Assembly (NCBI GenBank): GCA_030041115.1
Contig: JASHOM010000097.1
Span: 1 to 61,383 of the forward strand
Origin: Vulcanimicrobiota bacterium
GTDB lineage: Bacteria; Vulcanimicrobiota; Vulcanimicrobiia; Vulcanimicrobiales; Vulcanimicrobiaceae
Length of the DNA stretch: 61,383 nucleotides
Direction: 5' to 3'
In this document: in pieces, positions 1 to 10,029 of the stretch
Layout: the number at the start of each line of letters is the position of its first letter
Numbering within the stretch: position 1 is the first letter of the stretch
Notes under the pieces: generated by a model
Told to the model about the DNA's origin: nothing
What the model saw: only the letters and a program-made list of their open reading frames with translations
Database searches by the model: none
Translations under genes and position numbers: made by a program

Positions 1-1174
1 ATCGGCTTAGGCGTTACGAGCGTGCGAAGGAAGTTCCCAAGGTTGTACGCCAGCGCATGCAATTGAAGCCGGACCGCGTTGGCGTTGAATGTGCGACACG
101 AAAGCCTCGTCCACTTGATCGCCCCCTTGCCTTCCTTGATCCACTGTTCGCAGGTGCCCCGCTGGTTGTAGAAGCCGACGACATTCTGCGATCCGTACCG
201 CAGGTTCGTGACGATAAAGCCGACGCGAGCGAACAACTCGCCAGGATGCCACTCGACTTTGGCGACGATGCGGCGGGGATGGGACCAGCTCGCCGCCTGG
301 TAGCGGAAGCTGCGGTAGAACCGCCGCACGTAGTGCGCGGGTCGCCCGACCGGTCGTTTGAGCAAGTCGCTGATACGCTCTTGGAGAATCTGGTTTGCGG
401 GTAGGCGGATCGCGTACTCGATCCCCTCGGATTCCAAGAACTCGTACATATTCGGCTGAGCGAAAGCAGCGTCGCCTCGAAAGGCAATCCGTTTCACCGT
501 TCCTCGGTAGCGCGCAATCACCGGCTTGAGTACCTGCTCCCAGCCGTCGGCGCTGTGAACGTTGCCGGGACGAAGCGCGCAGCGCTCAAGATCGCCGAAC
601 TGGTTGAAGACGAAAAGTGGATGGTAGCACGTGCAGCCGAAATGACCGTTCCAGACACTTTGCTCCTGTTCGCCATGAGTTGGGCTCACGCTGGAGTCCG
701 TATCCAGGACGATCTCCTCGGATGACCGGTGCCTGCGAACGCAGTCGATCCACCGGCCGGATAGATCGGCAAGGGCGTGAAGTTTTCAGGCGCTGCGAGC
801 CAGCGCGTTTCAAACCGACCCATCTGGCTCGGCGATCCTGCGCGGTCTTTAGCCGCCTTATCGCCGACGATCCAGCGCATCGCCGGATCGTGGCGTAGGC
901 GTTCGGCGTCGTTCACATCCTCATGTCCCGCGAGACGGCCGAACACGGACTGACGCAACATGCCAACCAATGCATGACGACCGTTCTTGCCGGTACGTGC
1001 ATCTGCGAGCGCCTCGCAAGCGGTCGCGCTCAGCCCGAGCGCGTCGTCGAGTTCGCGACACGCGAGGAGACCCGCATCGGATGTTACAACTGAACCGCGA
1101 AACTGCATGGTCACTCGGCGATCAAAATCCACGCGAAGAGTATCATTTTCCGCTTCACCCGCCGGGTTCGTCAT
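1..1174 (-). pseudogene. IS1380-family DDE transposase with one frameshift near 778
   Basis: N-terminus LRVDFDRRV..VTSDAGLL..EDVNDAERLRHDP. After a frameshift it continues IVLDTDSSVSPTHGEQE..YHPLFVFNQFGD..FRGDAAFA..RVGFIVTNL..WIKEGK..NAVRLQLHALAYNLGNFLR. Confidence 0.9.
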
Positions 1175-1269
1175 GCTAGCCGTGATCGATCAAGCAAAAC
1201 GTACTGCTATTATAGCGAAATCTCGGCGAAACTGCAGCAACTTTCACGCATCCATCTGGCGAATGCGGG
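1..1269 (-). mobile_element. IS1380-family insertion sequence, partial (runs off the left window edge)
   Basis: Transposase motifs across 1-1174. The probable left end reads CCCGCATTCGCCAGATG on the minus strand from 1269, resembling IS1380-type termini. Confidence 0.85.
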
Positions 1270-1549
1270 TTTAATAAAGAAGGGCTACGCGGCAACGGGG
1301 CGGACGCAACTCCGCGAGGGCTACGCCGCATCCCCGGCACCTCAAGCACAACCAAACACGCCCACTCCCACCACAGACCGCGCTGTTTCTGCCTTAAGGC
1401 GACCGCCGGTGTGCCCCCGGGTATACGTCGATTCGCGCTATAGCCGCCGAAAGCCGCGCTTGCGACCCGGTTGGGCGCAGTAACGATAAACTGCCCGACG
1501 CATTCGGCGGCTACGGTCCGGCGCACCCCGCGAGCAAAGATGCAGCGGC

Positions 1550-3112
1550 CTAGTCAGTGTCGGGTGGAAGCCCGGACGGCTTCTGATGGAGAAAGAACGA
1601 CGCTCGATACTTTGCGGCGATGGTCTGAAATGGCCGCGGCGTTTGGCTGTAGTTGAAAGCGTTGCCGATGCTTGTCGCCCGCGCATCCTCCTGACCAAGT
1701 GTTTTCAACCCCCAGTTATCCTCGATAAACCTCAAGACGCTAGCCGTTTCGTACTGCGTGTCGTCGACTTGGGGCTGAACGTAGGGCGAGATGATGATCA
1801 TCGGAAAACGGAAGCCCAGTCCGCCCTGGTCATCGTACAGCGGCGGAGATACGTGGTCGTAGAAGCCGCCAAAGTCGTCCCAGAGCACGACGATCGCGCA
1901 GCTCTTCCAGTACTTGCTCGTGCCGATCGCATTTACGAGCGACGCGACCCACGAGGGGCCGTGATCAGCGGGCTCCGCCGGATGATCTGAGTTATTGGCG
2001 TCGGGAGTAACCCACACGACATGAGCCAAGCGTCCGGCTTGGATGTCTGCAAAGATTTTCGTGTCTTTGAACGTAACCTTCGTTCCCCACTCTTTGCCGT
2101 AGCGAACGTTCGCAATGGCGTCGAACGCGCTCCAAATGCCGGCGCCACCCGCCTTACCGTTATACCACGGATAGACCTTGACGGCGTAAAACTTCCACGA
2201 GATGTCGGCTGCGTCGAGCTCGTCGCGGATCGTGCCATTCGCATAGCTCGCGGCTTGGCCCGCGCCGAGACAAGGAAACGGGCCCTTGTAGCCGAGATAT
2301 TGACCGTAAATCGTCAGCAGGTTCGTGACAGTGCCCTCAACCGGCGGACTCGCATATGGATTCGGCGTGCGCGCGTCGCAGCCCCAAGGAAAATAGCTCG
2401 GGTCATCGATGATGCTTTCCTTTGAGTACTGCGTCCCGCTGATCGCCGTGCCGCCGGCGATCAACGCCTGGTGCGCCGTGAAGCTTTCGCTGCCTTGGGT
2501 TTGAAAGGCGTTATCGGCCAAGACGTACTGCTTCGCCATAGCCCAGTAGGGCGCAATGTCCGATGGATTCACGTACTGATAGGTATACGTGCACGTCGGG
2601 TGGCCGCTCTTACTGCCGGATCCGGTAGCTCCGCTGTACGAGTTGTCGAATCCGTCCATCTTGCAGGGATTCGATGCGTTCGGCGCGCCCGACGCCGAGT
2701 CGCAATCCACCAAATATCCGTGTCGATAATCGTGCGCTAGATCCTGGTTGGCGTCCCAGTTGTTGGGAAAACCGTCGCCCTTGAGGCTGACTTCCGTCAG
2801 CGGAACGGTCGTTGGGTACGTGATGACGGGTTGGCCGTTGTCCTTGCATGCGCCGGCAACGGGAGATGACATCGGCTCGGCTTCCCCAACCGTTGTTCCG
2901 TTCGCTCCCGGAAACGTAGCGAAGAAATCGTCAAAGCTGCGATTTTCCTGAATGATGACCACGATGTGAGATATTGGCGTGCTCGCCGAACGATGCGAAC
3001 CGTTAGCTCCGGCCGGTACGCCGTTTGAGCTTCCTGCGAACGTGTTGCAGGCGACGATGCTACCGCCGGCTACGATCAAGAAAAACGCCGTTTCGAGGAT
3101 CCGATACCGCAT
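1550..3112 (-). CDS. Secreted phosphoesterase / phospholipase C-acid phosphatase family lipoprotein
   Basis: [40 protein letters not shown] and [12 protein letters not shown] motifs; signal peptide with IVAC. Start moved to the MRYRIL ATG. Confidence 0.88.
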   Translation of the reverse strand: MRYRILETAFFLIVAGGSIVACNTFAGSSNGVPAGANGSHRSASTPISHIVVIIQENRSFDDFFATFPGANGTTVGEAEPMSSPVAGACKDNGQPVITYPTTVPLTEVSLKGDGFPNNWDANQDLAHDYRHGYLVDCDSASGAPNASNPCKMDGFDNSYSGATGSGSKSGHPTCTYTYQYVNPSDIAPYWAMAKQYVLADNAFQTQGSESFTAHQALIAGGTAISGTQYSKESIIDDPSYFPWGCDARTPNPYASPPVEGTVTNLLTIYGQYLGYKGPFPCLGAGQAASYANGTIRDELDAADISWKFYAVKVYPWYNGKAGGAGIWSAFDAIANVRYGKEWGTKVTFKDTKIFADIQAGRLAHVVWVTPDANNSDHPAEPADHGPSWVASLVNAIGTSKYWKSCAIVVLWDDFGGFYDHVSPPLYDDQGGLGFRFPMIIISPYVQPQVDDTQYETASVLRFIEDNWGLKTLGQEDARATSIGNAFNYSQTPRPFQTIAAKYRASFFLHQKPSGLPPDTD

Positions 3113-3186
3113 GCACGCACCTCTCAGTGGGACGTGCGCTTGAACCAAACCGGAGGGAATCCCTGCAGCGCGCACGATACTAACGA

Positions 3187-3657
3187 ATGATGCGCGTTGC
3201 GGCACGAGTCTTGGTCATTCTGGCGAGCGTCAGCGCAGCGGCGTGGAGCGTCGCCGCGGCCCAAGAGCCCGCGCCCATTCGATCGTTCGCGGCATTCGGC
3301 ACGACGATCTATTATCGTTACGCGTGCGCCGGCGACGTTTTCGCGCTCAGCCTCGGCGCGCAAAGTCAGGCGCTAGCCGGCGAGGCGTCGCTCTATTGGG
3401 AAATCTGGGACTCCGGCGCGGTCGCATCGGGCCAAGTCGAGCCCGTCGCGGGTCTGAACACCCTGCGCGTTACGGCCGTTGGTGCGCCGCTGCGCGGCGG
3501 CTTTCCCGAAGGTAGCCTGATCACGACCGTTCCTCGCACGTGCGCCGGACAAAGCCTCTATCTTTGGGCGGCGAGCGGCGCGACGCGGCTTCCCGACGGA
3601 AGCCCGGTCGTGCCGTTTGCAAACGCCGCCGAGCTGCCCTTGACGCTCCCGAAATGA
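3187..3657 (+). CDS. Hypothetical secreted protein
   Basis: Signal-peptide-like N-terminus ([19 protein letters not shown]); fills the gap between neighbouring genes. Confidence 0.6.
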   Translation: MMRVAARVLVILASVSAAAWSVAAAQEPAPIRSFAAFGTTIYYRYACAGDVFALSLGAQSQALAGEASLYWEIWDSGAVASGQVEPVAGLNTLRVTAVGAPLRGGFPEGSLITTVPRTCAGQSLYLWAASGATRLPDGSPVVPFANAAELPLTLPK

Positions 3658-3667
3658 GCGTCGCCGG

Positions 3668-4285
3668 TCAAGAGTCGGGCAAAAGCTCCCGCATCGCCTC
3701 CGCACATTCGCGGTCGGTTTGATCGCTCGACTCGCGAAGCCGCCGGATCACGCGCAGTCGATCGGCAAGGCTGCGATTCTGACTCAGCTTTGCCTTAGCG
3801 TCGATTGCCTCGGCTCGAAGTTCGAATCCGACGATCGCGCGCAACTGCGTTGCCCGATAATCCGGCTCGAGCCGGTCGGGGTTCCAACCCTCGGGCCGTG
3901 AGGCTTCGAGCTTCGTGCTGAGCCGTTTGACCGCCGTCCAGGCATCGTGCTCGCGCAACCGTCCCCGAACGTGCAGCGCCGCGTAGTTCCACGTCGGCAC
4001 CGTCGCGTACGGCTCCTCGTACCACGACGCCGAGACGTAGGCATGAGGCCCCTCGAAGACGATCGTTGCCGGAGCCTGCGCGATGATGGCGCGCGCATGC
4101 GGATTCGCGCGGGCGACGTGACCGACGATCCAGAGGCCGTCCTCGCGTTCCTGTGCGACAAGCGGAAGATGCGAGATTCGGGGATACTCGCCGTCGACCG
4201 TCACGAGCAATCCGAACGGATGCTTCTCGATCAGATCGAGCAGCCAGGCGCGGTCTTCGACCTCGAAGGATGCCGGTATGTACAT
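3668..4285 (-). CDS. PaiB-like FMN-binding protein (FMN-binding negative transcriptional regulator family)
   Basis: MYIPASF, SHLP, GHVARANPH, FEGPHAYVSASWY, VPTWNY and KLSQNR family motifs. The true start is MYIPASF. Confidence 0.9.
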   Translation of the reverse strand: MYIPASFEVEDRAWLLDLIEKHPFGLLVTVDGEYPRISHLPLVAQEREDGLWIVGHVARANPHARAIIAQAPATIVFEGPHAYVSASWYEEPYATVPTWNYAALHVRGRLREHDAWTAVKRLSTKLEASRPEGWNPDRLEPDYRATQLRAIVGFELRAEAIDAKAKLSQNRSLADRLRVIRRLRESSDQTDRECAEAMRELLPDS

Positions 4286-4296
4286 CGCTTCTTCTC

Positions 4297-5151
4297 CTAC
4301 GGAGATGCCTCGGGTAAAGCGACCCGATCGAGCGCCGCTCGCTCGCGATCGTTCAACGACAGCCGCTCGGCCGCGACGTTCTCTTCCAGATGCCGCAACG
4401 ACGACGTTCCGGGAATCGGGAGCAGCGCGCAGGAGTGGCCGAGCAGCCACGCCAGCCCGACTTGCCAGATCGTTGCACCGTGCGCCTTCGCGACCGGGGC
4501 CAACGCATCGAGCGTGACGAGATCCCCACCGTCGAGCGGAAAGTAGGGAATGAACGCGATGCCGGCCCGTTCGCAATGCTTCAGCACCGGCTCGCTGTGG
4601 CGGCTGCCGACGTTGTAGTTGTTCTGCACCGACGCGATCTCCACGATCCGTTGCGCGCGGACGAGCTGATCGAGATCGACGTTGGAGAGACCGGCGAAAC
4701 GAATCTTGCCCGCATCGCGCAGCGTACGCAGCGCACCCACTTGCTCTTCGAACGGAATCCCGGGATCCACGGCGTGCAGTTGATAGAGGTCGATGCGATC
4801 GACTCTCAGGCGCCGCAGGCTTCCTTCGCAGGCCGCCACGAGATGCTCCGGCCTTCCGTCGCGTCCCCATTGACCGGGCCCCCCGCGCGTCGAGCCGCCT
4901 TTCGTCGCGACGATCAGATCCGCGGGATACGGATGCAGTGCCCGCGCGATCTGCTCTTCGTTGACGCCGGGTCCGTAGGAATCGGCCGTATCGATGAACC
5001 TCACACCCAGCTCCACCGCCCGGCGCAAGACGCGCAACGCGTTTTCTCGATCTGCGGGCCAGTCCCAAATACCGGGACCGCAGAGTCGCATTGCGCCGAA
5101 ACCGAGCCGCTTGACCGTCACCGCGTTCCCGATCGCGATCGTCGCACTCAC
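4297..5151 (-). CDS. Aldo/keto reductase
   Basis: RLGFGAMRL, FIDTADSYG, IDLYQLH, GKIRFAGLSN and LPIPGTSS motifs; GTG start downstream of the upstream terminator. Confidence 0.92.
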   Translation of the reverse strand: MSATIAIGNAVTVKRLGFGAMRLCGPGIWDWPADRENALRVLRRAVELGVRFIDTADSYGPGVNEEQIARALHPYPADLIVATKGGSTRGGPGQWGRDGRPEHLVAACEGSLRRLRVDRIDLYQLHAVDPGIPFEEQVGALRTLRDAGKIRFAGLSNVDLDQLVRAQRIVEIASVQNNYNVGSRHSEPVLKHCERAGIAFIPYFPLDGGDLVTLDALAPVAKAHGATIWQVGLAWLLGHSCALLPIPGTSSLRHLEENVAAERLSLNDRERAALDRVALPEASP

Positions 5152-5172
5152 CGTGACGCCTTCGTCGCTCTC

Positions 5173-5207
5173 AAAAAAAAGACCGCCCGGCAAGCACCGG
5201 GCGGTCT
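5173..5207 (-). terminator. Intrinsic terminator after the phasin-like gene
   Basis: Hairpin AGACCGCCCGG/CCGGGCGGTCT followed by a T8 run on the minus strand. Confidence 0.85.
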
Positions 5208-5247
5208 CTCGATAGAGGGCTTTTGTGAACTACGCGGTGACGAAAGT

Positions 5248-5580
5248 TTACTTGGTCTGAGGCTTGTTCGCGACGGCGGCTGCCGACTTGAAGTTCGCTT
5301 CGGTCTGCTTCTGCGCTTCGACGAGCATCTCGGCGATGCGCAGCGTGAAGGCCTTGCGCAGCTCGAGCAGCTGGCCGGCGAAACCGAACGACATCTCGAC
5401 GAGCTGCGTCGGCGACGGCATGTTCTCGAACGAGGGCATGCTGCCCGGCTTCTCGCCGAGCTCCTTGGTGAACTCGCGGAAGGAGCTCATCGCTTTGAGG
5501 CTTGCGTTCTGCGTCTCTTTGAGCGCCTCGAGCCCCTCTTGCTGAAACTTGTTCATGTACTCTGCGACATTGACGGCCAT
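5248..5580 (-). CDS. Putative phasin / PHA granule-associated protein
   Basis: 110 aa, amphipathic helical, Ala/Glu/Lys-rich; strong RBS (GAGGAG); last gene of the PHA locus. Function inferred from context. Confidence 0.6.
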   Translation of the reverse strand: MAVNVAEYMNKFQQEGLEALKETQNASLKAMSSFREFTKELGEKPGSMPSFENMPSPTQLVEMSFGFAGQLLELRKAFTLRIAEMLVEAQKQTEANFKSAAAVANKPQTK

Positions 5581-5623
5581 GGTTTGGAAAGGTCTCCTCT
5601 CGACGTTTGGAATCTGTGCGCTA

Positions 5624-5653
5624 AGTATACCAAGCATCTGCTGCGCCTGTCAA
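5624..5653 (-). promoter_or_regulatory. Sigma70-type promoter for the phasin-like gene
   Basis: TTGACA-18 nt-TATACT on the minus strand, about 45 nt upstream of the ATG. Confidence 0.65.
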
Positions 5654-5699
5654 CCCTCCCGGAGAAAGGCAGCCGCTATAGAGCCTAGCGCATGCTTGC

Positions 5700-6071
5700 T
5701 TATTCCCGGCCGATGAAGCTGCGGTAGATCCGGATGATCGCTTCTTTTTGGTCGACGCTCAGCCGAGGGTCGAGCTTGACCGCGTGCTCGACGCCGTGGT
5801 GGCTCTCGTCCCGGGTCTCTGAGTCGTCGAGCAGCCCGGCCTGCGCGTACATCGACTCCGCCGAGATGTGCAGCGCGTTGGCGATGCTCTTGAGGACGTC
5901 GGCTGACGGCTTGTAAAGCCCCCGTTCCACTTGGCTCAGATAGGGATTGGAAATTTTCGCAATCTCCGCGAGCTGACGCATCGATAGGTTCGCGAGCTCC
6001 CGTTGGCCGCGAATGAACTCCCCGAGGCTGCGCCAGGCACCGCTCGCGACCTCCTTCTCCTCGTCGCTCAT
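5700..6071 (-). CDS. XRE-family HTH regulator (Rv0474/MLDSR-like)
   Basis: LGEFIRGQRELANLSMRQLAEIAKISNPYLSQVERGLYKPSADVLKSIANAL..DPRLSVDQKEAIIRIYRSF; ATGA overlap with the phaC stop. Confidence 0.88.
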   Translation of the reverse strand: MSDEEKEVASGAWRSLGEFIRGQRELANLSMRQLAEIAKISNPYLSQVERGLYKPSADVLKSIANALHISAESMYAQAGLLDDSETRDESHHGVEHAVKLDPRLSVDQKEAIIRIYRSFIGRE

Positions 6072-7765
6072 GCCGGGACCTCGATCGAGCCCTCGCGCAC
6101 GTACCGGCCCGGGGCGGGTTCGCCTTGCGGCATCGGATATGGCTCGCGCATCGGGCCGCCGTGCTGCTGCGCCCACCGCGCCCAGTCTTCCCACCACGAG
6201 CCGCTGTGACGATCGGCGGTCTCCAGCCACTCCTGCGCACTTTCTCCGTGGCGCGCGAGCGGCTTGACGTAATGCCACGTCTTCTTCGCGCCCGGCGGAT
6301 TTACGATTCCGGCGATGTGCCCCGAGTTGGTCAGCACGTACTTCGACTCGCCGCCGACGTGCTGCGTCGTCAGATATGTCGCCTGCCACTGCGCGATGTG
6401 ATCGTTCTCGGCGCCGAGCACGTACAGCGGGGTCATGATCTTACCGAGGTCGATCGGAGTGTCGCCGATCGAAAAGGCGCCGGGCTTCACGATCGCATTG
6501 TGGAGATAGCATGCGCGCAGATACTCCGAGTGCATCTCGACGGGCATGCGGGTCGAATCGTTGTTCCAGGCCAGAATGTCGAACGCCGGCGGCTGCTTCC
6601 CTTTGAACCAATTGTTGACGACGTAGCCCCAGATCAAATCGCTCGAGCGCATCCAGTCGAACGTGCGGGCCATCTCCGCGGGATCCAGATAGCCGCGTTC
6701 GCGCATGCGCGATTCGAGCCGGGCGATCGTGTCCTCGTCGGTGAAGACGCCCAGATCGCCCGGGATGCTGAAATCCACGAGCGTATTCGTCAGCGCCGCC
6801 GAGGCAATGCGCTCGCCCTGCCCGTGGGCGGCCAAATACGCCATCGCAATCACCGCCAAGGTCCCACCCAAGCAGAGTGCGGCGACGTTCACCCGCGGCG
6901 CGCCGGTGATCTCCTGCACCGCGTCGAGCGCCGCCAGGACGCCCTCGCGCAGATAGTCGTCCATGCTGTAGTGCGCCATCGATTCGCCGGGATTCCGGTA
7001 GGAAATCATAAACGTCTGATGCCCGTGCCCGACGGCCCACTCGACGAACGAACGTCCCGGCGCCAAGTCCATGATGTAGTACTTGTTGATCCACGGCGGG
7101 CTGCATAGAAGCGGCACGGCGTGAACCTGCGGGGTCTGCGGATCGTAAGCGATCAGCTCGATCAATTCGTTGCGCATTACCACGCGGCCGGGCGTCGCGG
7201 CGATGTTGACGCCCAGCTCGAATCCGGACTTGTCGACCTGGCGCGGATAGCCGCCGTTCTCTCGAACGTCGTCGAGGAAATTCTGCAAGCCGCGCACCAG
7301 GCTCATGCCGTCCGTTTCGGTCGCCTCTTTCACGACGCCGGGATTGAGCCAGGGCACGTTGCTCGGCGCAAAGGCATCGCACATGAGCTGCATCGCGAAA
7401 CGCGCTTTGCGCCGCGTCACTTCGGGAAGCCGCGATGCGTCGACGAGCTGCAGCGCGGCCTGCGTGCGTGCGCGGTAATCCTCAACGACGCCGGCCAGAA
7501 TGGGGTTGGTGCTCCATTCGGGCTCCGCGAAGCGCTTGTCGCCGTTAGCCGGTGCCGCGGCCTCTTGGCCGCTCAGCCTGCGCAACATGTTCAAGCCGAC
7601 GTTTTGCTCGGCGAGCGCGAAGCCGGCCAGCCAGGTGCTCATCCGCATCGGATCGGTCATGACGTCGGCGACGACCGCTCGCAGCGCGTCGCTCAGCGAC
7701 GCGGGATCGAGTCCGGTGACGTCGATGCCGTAGCCGAGTTCCTCGGGTGCCACGGTTACGTTCAT
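6068..7765 (-). CDS. phaC: Polyhydroxyalkanoate synthase (class I/II-type)
   Basis: ATPGRVV, PPWINKYYIMDL, catalytic Cys box ALCLGG, DILAWNNDSTRMP, DHI, SGHIAGIVNPP and GSWWEDW motifs; TAATG coupling to the upstream gene. Confidence 0.95.
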   Translation of the reverse strand: MNVTVAPEELGYGIDVTGLDPASLSDALRAVVADVMTDPMRMSTWLAGFALAEQNVGLNMLRRLSGQEAAAPANGDKRFAEPEWSTNPILAGVVEDYRARTQAALQLVDASRLPEVTRRKARFAMQLMCDAFAPSNVPWLNPGVVKEATETDGMSLVRGLQNFLDDVRENGGYPRQVDKSGFELGVNIAATPGRVVMRNELIELIAYDPQTPQVHAVPLLCSPPWINKYYIMDLAPGRSFVEWAVGHGHQTFMISYRNPGESMAHYSMDDYLREGVLAALDAVQEITGAPRVNVAALCLGGTLAVIAMAYLAAHGQGERIASAALTNTLVDFSIPGDLGVFTDEDTIARLESRMRERGYLDPAEMARTFDWMRSSDLIWGYVVNNWFKGKQPPAFDILAWNNDSTRMPVEMHSEYLRACYLHNAIVKPGAFSIGDTPIDLGKIMTPLYVLGAENDHIAQWQATYLTTQHVGGESKYVLTNSGHIAGIVNPPGAKKTWHYVKPLARHGESAQEWLETADRHSGSWWEDWARWAQQHGGPMREPYPMPQGEPAPGRYVREGSIEVPA

Positions 7766-8520
7766 TACATGTACCATCCGCCGTTGATGTTGTAGACCGC
7801 ACCGGTAATGTAGCCCGCCTTATCGTCGAGCAGGAACCGAACGAGCTGCGCTACCTCATCCGGCTTGCCGAGCCGCTGCTCGGGCGTCTGCGCGATTGCG
7901 CTCTCGATCGCTTGCACGGGCATCGATTTCGTCATGTCCGTGTCGATGAATCCCGGGGCGACGGCATTCACCGTGATCCCGCGCTTGGCCACCTCGCGCG
8001 CGACGGTTTTCGTCAAGCCGATCAGGCCGGCTTTGGCGGCCGCATAGTTCGCCTGTCCGAAGTTCCCGCTCACGCCGACGACCGAGCTGATGTTGACGAT
8101 TCGGCCGTAGCCTCGCTCCAGCATCGCGTCGAGCACGGCCTTGATCATGAAAAACGGCCCTGAAAGATTGACTTGCAGAACGGCCTCCCATTCGTCGATC
8201 GTCATCTTTCGGACCGTGTGATCGCGGGTGATTCCCGCGTTGTTGACGAGAAAATCGATGCGGCCGTGCTCCTCGAGCACGGCGGCGACCGCCTCCCGGC
8301 AGCGCTCGTAAATGCCGACGTCGGTCTCGTAGAAGTGCAGGCGCGGTGCGGCGCCGTTGAGCCTCGACGCCAGGTGCTGGGCTCGGGCCCGGTCCTCGGG
8401 TAAGCCGAGAATCGCGACGGTCCCCCCCTCCTTGGCGAGCAAGCTGCTGATTGCGCCCCCGATGCCGCGCGAGCCTCCGGTAACTATTCCAACGCGTCCA
8501 TGAAACGGTAAACTATCCAC
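7765..8520 (-). CDS. phaB: Acetoacetyl-CoA reductase (SDR)
   Basis: TGGSRGIG, NNAGITRD, GNFGQANYAAAKAG and NINGGWYM motifs; adjacent to phaC. Confidence 0.85.
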   Translation of the reverse strand: MDSLPFHGRVGIVTGGSRGIGGAISSLLAKEGGTVAILGLPEDRARAQHLASRLNGAAPRLHFYETDVGIYERCREAVAAVLEEHGRIDFLVNNAGITRDHTVRKMTIDEWEAVLQVNLSGPFFMIKAVLDAMLERGYGRIVNISSVVGVSGNFGQANYAAAKAGLIGLTKTVAREVAKRGITVNAVAPGFIDTDMTKSMPVQAIESAIAQTPEQRLGKPDEVAQLVRFLLDDKAGYITGAVYNINGGWYM

Positions 8521-8573
8521 GCGCTAGATTTACCCAACGGCCGGCTCGACGCCTGCAGCCGGTCCCTCGTCGC

Positions 8574-9314
8574 CTACATATCCAAACCGCCGTTGATCGA
8601 ATAGACCGCTCCGGTTATATAGCTCGAGTCGTCCTCCAACAGGAATCGCACCACGCGCGCGACCTCCTCGGGGCGCCCTAAGCGGCGCTGCGGAATCTTC
8701 TCGACGACCTTGGAGAGGGCCGCCTCGGGAATCGCCGCGACCATTTCGGTCGCAACGAAGCCGGGAGCGACGCAGTTGACGGTGATGCCGCGCTGGGCCA
8801 TTTCGAGGGCCAGGCTCTTGGTAAAGCCGAACAGGCCGGCTTTCGACGCGGCATAGTTCGCCTGCCCGACGTTCCCGGTCTCCCCGATCACCGAGCTGAT
8901 GTTGATAATCCGGCCCGAGCCTCGTTCGATCATGTGCTCGAGCACCGCCTTGGTCATCTGAAATGCGCCCGAAAGGTTTACGTCGAGCACTTGGCGCCAG
9001 TCGTCCACGGTCATCTTGCGGACGGTCTTGTCGACGGTGATTCCGGCGTTGTTGATGAGATAGTCGATCCGCCCGAACCGGTCCATGACCTCTTTGACGA
9101 CCCGATTGCAATCAACGACGTCGTCGACGCGTCCCTGGTGAATCGAGACGGCCGCCCCCTTCTGGGACATCTGCCGCGCGAAGGTCTCCGCGCTCTCCCG
9201 GCCGCGGCTATATCCGGCCGCGACCGAGGCCCCGCTCTCGACCAGCGCCTGCGTGATCGCCGCGCCGATCCCGCGTGTCCCGCCCGTAACCAACGCCACT
9301 CGACCTTCGAACAC
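8574..9314 (-). CDS. phaB: Acetoacetyl-CoA reductase (SDR), second paralog
   Basis: TGGTRGIG, NNAGITVD, GQANYAASKAG and INGGLDM motifs; GTG start with a GGAGG RBS. Confidence 0.85.
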   Translation of the reverse strand: MFEGRVALVTGGTRGIGAAITQALVESGASVAAGYSRGRESAETFARQMSQKGAAVSIHQGRVDDVVDCNRVVKEVMDRFGRIDYLINNAGITVDKTVRKMTVDDWRQVLDVNLSGAFQMTKAVLEHMIERGSGRIINISSVIGETGNVGQANYAASKAGLFGFTKSLALEMAQRGITVNCVAPGFVATEMVAAIPEAALSKVVEKIPQRRLGRPEEVARVVRFLLEDDSSYITGAVYSINGGLDM

Positions 9315-9401
9315 TGCCTTGCCCTCCGCGCCCGGAAAATTCGCGTTGCGCTCGAATTCCTCATTCTGCGAGCGCCGGCATCGGGGGTTCGGCACCTAAC
9401 G

Positions 9402-9881
9402 TTAGGGCTTTGTCGTCCATGTCGCGCTGGAGATCTTCCACGTGCCGTTCACGTTGCGAAACGTGTACGTTTGGGTTCCCAGCTCGGTGCGCGTCTTGCC
9501 GTCGGCGTTCGTTTCGGTGATCTGCAACGGCTGGATCACGTACGCGACGTCGCCGGCCGCTCGATACTCGGAGACGGAGAGCGCCGTGACGTGCAGCGCG
9601 GCGATCTTGCTTGCGGCGAGAATCTGTCCGACGGCCGTCCACCATTGCGCGCCGGCGTTCGCGCCCGTCCAGACGTAGGGCGCCAGTTCGTCGATCACGA
9701 CCGCGTCGTCGGTATAGAGACCCGAGAGTTTCGAAGGATCGTTGGCATTGGCGGCATCCACGACGGCCCGAGCCAAGGCCACGATCTGCGCCGGGGGTCG
9801 CGGCGTTCGCGGACTATCGGCGCCGGTCGCGGGCGCCGCTAAGAAACACAGCGCGACCACGATTCCGAGAAAAGTGCGCAT
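9402..9881 (-). CDS. Secreted NTF2/SnoaL-like protein
   Basis: Signal peptide; LYTDDAVVID, GDVAYV and GTWKI motifs typical of the NTF2-like fold. Confidence 0.75.
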   Translation of the reverse strand: MRTFLGIVVALCFLAAPATGADSPRTPRPPAQIVALARAVVDAANANDPSKLSGLYTDDAVVIDELAPYVWTGANAGAQWWTAVGQILAASKIAALHVTALSVSEYRAAGDVAYVIQPLQITETNADGKTRTELGTQTYTFRNVNGTWKISSATWTTKP

Positions 9882-10029
9882 CTTCCACTCCTTTCGAGCA
9901 AGGCTTCGTGCTCCGTGGCAACCAAGCGGCCTTCGATATTCCAACCCGCTCCAACTCCGTACCGCCATGGAATGCGCCGTCGCGGGCCGAACTGCGCAAG
10001 AGCACAACCCGTCCGACGGAGCAACAACC

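Noticed and set aside
3668..5068. 466-aa ORF as a single protein
   Set aside because: The first ~260 codons are an off-frame shadow of the aldo/keto reductase; the real gene starts at MYIPASF (4285).
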